Shown one piece after another: positions 60,017 to 64,000 of a stretch of 64,000 nt of DNA. How positions within the stretch are numbered: position 1 is the first letter of the stretch; each line of letters begins with the position of its first letter. The notes under the pieces were generated by a model, which did no database searches, was not told the origin of the DNA, and saw nothing but the letters and a program-made list of their open reading frames with translations. The stretch is from Candidatus Methanomethylicia archaeon (GTDB lineage Archaea > Thermoproteota > Methanomethylicia > Culexarchaeales > Culexarchaeaceae). The position numbers and the translations under genes were made by a program. The stretch covers positions 384,001-448,000 of the forward strand of contig JAVYVS010000001.1 in NCBI GenBank assembly GCA_038727515.1. The letters are read 5' to 3'.

Positions 60017-60997
60017 ATGGTTTTAGTAATAAGTAGGGAAGAAGTAGAGAAGATATTGACAATGGAAGAAACAATAGAAGAAGTGGAAAAAGCCTTCAAA
60101 AACTTATCATTAAAGAAAGTGATAATGCCAATTAGAAGCAATATTCCACTTAAAAAATACAATGGAATCATATACTATATGCCAGCATACATAGAAGAAA
60201 CAGATGCATTAGCAGTCAAAATAGTATCGGTACACTCAGAAAACTATAAATATGGATTACCAACAACACAAGCAACAATACTATTAAATGAAGCAAAAAC
60301 TGGAAGACTATTAGCAATAATGGATGGAGGATATATAACAGCTATGCGAACTGGAGCAGCAAGTGGAGTAGCCACAAAATATCTAGCAAAGAAAAAGGCT
60401 AAAACTGCTGGAATATTTGGTGCAGGAGTACAGGCCAGAACACAATTAATAGCGGTATGCAAAGTTAGACCAATAGAAATAGCATATGTATACGATATAA
60501 GAATGGAGGTAGCTAAGAAGTATGCTGATGAAATGTCTAAAATTCTTGGGATAAATGTGAAAGTTGTAGATGATCCAAAGAAGCTCGTGGAAGAAAGTGA
60601 AGTAATCTGTGCAGCTACAATATCGAAAACACCAATATTCAATGGAGAATGGTTAAAGAATGGAACACATATAAATGGTATAGGTGCACACACTCCAGAT
60701 GCTAGAGAATTAGATACTACCACTATAAAGAGGAGTAAGGTAGTTGTAGATTCCTATGAAGCATGCTTAAAAGAGGCTGGAGAAATAATAATACCATTAA
60801 ATGAGGGGGAAATAACAAAAGAACACATATATGCAGAATTAGGGGAAATAGTGGCTGGAATAAAACCTGGAAGGGAAAGTGATGATGAAATAACATTATT
60901 TAAATCAGTGGGATTAGCAATACAAGATGCAGCAACAGCACTAAGAGTATATCAAAAAGCATTAGAAAGCAATATTGGAAGGGAAATAAAGATATAA
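60017..60997 (+). CDS. Ornithine cyclodeaminase / archaeal alanine dehydrogenase family
   Basis: MPAY, KIV, TAMRTGAA, GAGVQA, FKSVGLAIQD. Confidence 0.9.
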   Translation: MVLVISREEVEKILTMEETIEEVEKAFKNLSLKKVIMPIRSNIPLKKYNGIIYYMPAYIEETDALAVKIVSVHSENYKYGLPTTQATILLNEAKTGRLLAIMDGGYITAMRTGAASGVATKYLAKKKAKTAGIFGAGVQARTQLIAVCKVRPIEIAYVYDIRMEVAKKYADEMSKILGINVKVVDDPKKLVEESEVICAATISKTPIFNGEWLKNGTHINGIGAHTPDARELDTTTIKRSKVVVDSYEACLKEAGEIIIPLNEGEITKEHIYAELGEIVAGIKPGRESDDEITLFKSVGLAIQDAATALRVYQKALESNIGREIKI

Positions 60998-61063
60998 TCA
61001 TCAATAAATAAACCACTATTTTTATAATTTAATATTAAACCCAAAAAAGATTAAATGAATTAT

Positions 61064-61927
61064 TTAACCAGCATCTCTCTGCAATATGTTGGCAACAGCA
61101 GAACCAGCTAGAATTAAAAGTTCAAATAGTTTATATGCGGAAAGCATATCTTCACAAACATACTCTACAGTTAATCCATTAATCCTCTTAACATTTGGAG
61201 CTAAAGCTGCAACATCAGCAAAATGACTTGCAAGAAAAGTTACTTCAAATCTCACGGGATGTTTGGGTTTCAAAGGTTTAACTTCACCATTATTAAATTT
61301 ATCCACAGCCTTCTTAACAGCAGATCTCAATTCCAATTCAATTTTAGACATACTTGGACTTTTAGCTGAAACACGACTTAAGGAATTCTTCAAAACCACA
61401 GCTTCAGCCCAAGGTGTAAAAATCTTAACATCATCTTCAATTAATTTAGCTTCACCAGCCACGAGAATTAATGGTATATTAAATTCACCTAAAACATATC
61501 CATTCAATAAGAATTCACTAGCTGGAATTCCATTAACTTTAACTTCCCTGATAGTTCCACCACTATATGTATGGTCAAAAGTGGAAAGTGGAGTACCATA
61601 TTTTGCATGATAACCTAAAAATAATGCTGCATTACAACCTTCAGAACCAGCTATCATACTCAATGGTCTTGGAAATCCTCTAATAATTTCAACATATTCT
61701 GGTATAGATTCCACAAGTAGATTAACCATAGGCCCATGACTATCAGCTACAATAATTTCATCAAATCCACATTTATGGAGTTCATCACAAACAATATTTG
61801 TCACTTTTGTAGCTATATCTCTAGCTTCCTTATACAATGATCCTCTAATACTTAATTGTGCTGGTGTAACTATGTATGGCATACCCTCTAAATCCACAGA
61901 GATAAATGCCTTCAAAATCTTCACCAA
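61064..61927 (-). CDS. M55 D-aminopeptidase (DppA-type)
   Basis: SVDLEG, DSHG, GYHA, HT motifs. Confidence 0.9.
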   Translation of the reverse strand: MVKILKAFISVDLEGMPYIVTPAQLSIRGSLYKEARDIATKVTNIVCDELHKCGFDEIIVADSHGPMVNLLVESIPEYVEIIRGFPRPLSMIAGSEGCNAALFLGYHAKYGTPLSTFDHTYSGGTIREVKVNGIPASEFLLNGYVLGEFNIPLILVAGEAKLIEDDVKIFTPWAEAVVLKNSLSRVSAKSPSMSKIELELRSAVKKAVDKFNNGEVKPLKPKHPVRFEVTFLASHFADVAALAPNVKRINGLTVEYVCEDMLSAYKLFELLILAGSAVANILQRDAG

Positions 61928-61961
61928 AAAATTATATGTATAATGTTGTATTAATGGTTAT

Positions 61962-62129
61962 TTATTTAGGTTCAAACATATTGCAATTATGGCTATCTCT
62001 GCCAATCCTCATGAACTTCCATTTTCCATTGAAATTCCCTTTATTACACCTTACAAACAAATTGTTCGGCGATATTTCACTTCTATTTAACTCTGCATAC
62101 TTACAATTTAAACAAGCAATTTCAGGCAT
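61962..62129 (-). CDS. Small Cys4 protein (55 aa, not in ORF track)
   Basis: MPEIACLNCKYAELNRSEISPNNLFVRCNKGNFNGKWKFMRIGRDSHNCNMFEPK*, with an AGGTG RBS upstream. Confidence 0.7.
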   Translation of the reverse strand: MPEIACLNCKYAELNRSEISPNNLFVRCNKGNFNGKWKFMRIGRDSHNCNMFEPK

Positions 62130-62220
62130 AAAAGCACCTAAACTATAATATTGGATAATAGGATTTATTTAAACTTTCCCATAGAAAGTGATAAATATAT
62201 TAAAATTTATGTTAAAAATA

Positions 62221-63177
62221 CTATTTCACATAATTTTTTATGAATCCTATACCTTCAATATTAACTTCAACAATATCGCCACTTTTAAGGAATACTGGTG
62301 GATTCCTTCTAAAACCAACACCACTAGGTGTACCAGTCAATATAACATCACCAGGCATTAAAGTCATATCCTGCGATAAATGATTAATTAAATCTTCAAC
62401 TCCAAAAATCATATCATCCACATATGAATCTTGCATAACAACATTATTTAAAATAGTTTTAATCCTAAACTTCCTCCAATCATTGACAAAGTCACCTAGC
62501 AATATTCCAGGACCCATTGGGCAAAATGTATCAAGAGATTTACTTCTAAAGAATTGATGAATTGAATCCATAAATTCTATATCTCTAGCTGTAACATCAT
62601 TTGCAATCGTGTAACCTAAAACATAATTTAAAGCTTCACTTCGAGATACATATTTACATTTCTTACCAATAACTATTACGAGTTCACCTTCAAAATCAAT
62701 TTGATTAGAGATTTTAGGAAGAATTATATCATCATAAGGACCAATAATTGAAGTTACAGCCTTAGTAAATACAATAGGCGCTTTAGGAATCTTAGATCCT
62801 GTTTCCTCTACGTGACGTCTATAATTCAATCCTATACCCATAAGTTTACCTGGATTGGGGACTGGAGCATGAAGTTTAACTTCATTCAAATTATATGTAA
62901 CACCCTTAACACCAATAAAATTCTTTAAATAATCACGGATTTCATATAGCAATGGCACTATATCTAAACCCCTATTTATAAGAGACATAATGTTTCTAGG
63001 CATAATTTTATATGATCTACGTTTAGCCTCAATAGCGCTAAAACCTTTATCTAAGAGAAGCCTCTGATAAGCAGCATTCAAATCTACAATAATATCATCC
63101 ATTAAAAGTCCTGAAGAAGCCCTATTTAAATCAGGTGTGGAGAAGGATACTATTAACATTTTAACACCAATAAACAT
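62221..63177 (-). CDS. Fumarylacetoacetate hydrolase family protein
   Basis: GLNY..H, DFEGEL, NDVTARD, KSLDTFCPMGP, TGTPSGVG. Confidence 0.92.
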   Translation of the reverse strand: MFIGVKMLIVSFSTPDLNRASSGLLMDDIIVDLNAAYQRLLLDKGFSAIEAKRRSYKIMPRNIMSLINRGLDIVPLLYEIRDYLKNFIGVKGVTYNLNEVKLHAPVPNPGKLMGIGLNYRRHVEETGSKIPKAPIVFTKAVTSIIGPYDDIILPKISNQIDFEGELVIVIGKKCKYVSRSEALNYVLGYTIANDVTARDIEFMDSIHQFFRSKSLDTFCPMGPGILLGDFVNDWRKFRIKTILNNVVMQDSYVDDMIFGVEDLINHLSQDMTLMPGDVILTGTPSGVGFRRNPPVFLKSGDIVEVNIEGIGFIKNYVK

Positions 63178-63223
63178 AGCATACTAAAATTAATAACCAT
63201 TACCATTCTAAATCAAAATATAA

Positions 63224-64000
63224 TTAATTACCATACAATTTTGAATACTCAAAGAACATAACGAAGATGATTAATAATGATATGAAAACGAAAATTGATA
63301 AACACATATATGAGAAATCTAAACCATAAATATTTGCGAGAAAACTTGTTAAAACTGATGAAGCAGAACCTAAAGAGAAATTTATGCAAAAGAATAATCC
63401 ATAAACATATCCCCTAGCTTCTAAATCCACAAGTTCACTTTGAAGTTTTGTGGATGGGGGTTGATGCGCATAGAATGAAAAACCATAAAGTAAAACTCCA
63501 ATTAATGTAAATATATTGTTTACACCACCAAATACTATAAACATTAAACTTATGAAAACCATTATAAAACTTGTTAAAAGAGCTTTAATAGAGTTGGAAT
63601 AATCAGCAATATAACCTCCAAAAATCTGTCCTAAAACTCCAGCAAGAAGAGATAGAGACATTATTAAAGCAGCATTGGAAGTATCAAAACCTCTAAATAT
63701 AAGTAGTGAAGGTAGGTATAGTTCTAAACCACGGGAAGATAAACCTAGAAAAATTGAGAAGAGAATTATCCATTTAATTCTACCATAAGGAATATGTATT
63801 TTCGATTTAAAATTAACATTTATAGAGCCACCACCATAAAATGCCAATGAAATAATCATGGAAGCAATACCTAAAGTAACGAGAGAAAACCTCCAATTAA
63901 GAATATTAGAAATATAAACAGATATGATTGGTATAAAAGCAGAACAAAAACTTCCACCTAAACCATGTAAACCCATAATTTTACCCATATCTTCAGGATA
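63224..64000 (-). CDS. MFS transporter (5' end outside window)
   Basis: GGYIAD motif and multiple TM segments; frame open to the window edge. Confidence 0.85.
   Translation of the reverse strand, partial: YPEDMGKIMGLHGLGGSFCSAFIPIISVYISNILNWRFSLVTLGIASMIISLAFYGGGSINVNFKSKIHIPYGRIKWIILFSIFLGLSSRGLELYLPSLLIFRGFDTSNAALIMSLSLLAGVLGQIFGGYIADYSNSIKALLTSFIMVFISLMFIVFGGVNNIFTLIGVLLYGFSFYAHQPPSTKLQSELVDLEARGYVYGLFFCINFSLGSASSVLTSFLANIYGLDFSYMCLSIFVFISLLIIFVMFFEYSKLYGN

Noticed and set aside
828-62148. Numerous antisense or alternate-frame ORFs in the track (e.g. 828-1166, 5186-5632, 6271-6837, 10951-11508, 58342-58719, 60244-60723)
   Set aside because: They are shadows of well-supported genes, with biased Ile/Ser/Pro/Phe composition and no motifs.
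1-64000. CRISPR arrays, tRNA or rRNA genes
   Set aside because: No regularly spaced repeats and no GC-rich cloverleaf or rRNA-like segments were seen; the only GC-rich tract is the protein-coding ars island.

Overview
AT-rich (about 30% GC by eye), gene-dense archaeal chromosomal segment. It is probably from a TACK/Thermoproteota-type thermophile (inferred from the editing-domain-less ThrRS, archaeal LeuRS, Elp3, Trm5-family methyltransferase and GGTGA ribosome-binding sites). Main content: (i) a 12-kb molybdenum-hydroxylase locus with its own Moco-maturation genes (XdhC, MocA, divergent MoeA, MoaD-like), a DUF362 Fe-S protein, a Zn-dehydrogenase, an M20 deacylase and a class-III aminotransferase; (ii) scattered purine/amide/D-amino-acid catabolic genes; (iii) a higher-GC arsenic-resistance-like island (ArsR, thioredoxin-like, ArsP-type permease) next to a 138-bp MITE-like element and a decayed AAA-ATPase; (iv) carAB, leuS, split thrS and a pstSCAB-phoU operon; (v) a compact tRNA anticodon-modification cluster (Zn-ribbon, Trm9/ALKBH8-like MTase, Elp3, divergent Trm5a-like MTase). 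Features absent from the ORF track include a C/D-box-like sRNA, two small Cys-motif proteins, a frameshifted MFS gene, several operator palindromes and a sawtooth A/T synonymous-site skew. No rRNA, tRNA or CRISPR array was recognised. All calls come from motif recognition by eye; no database searches were run.
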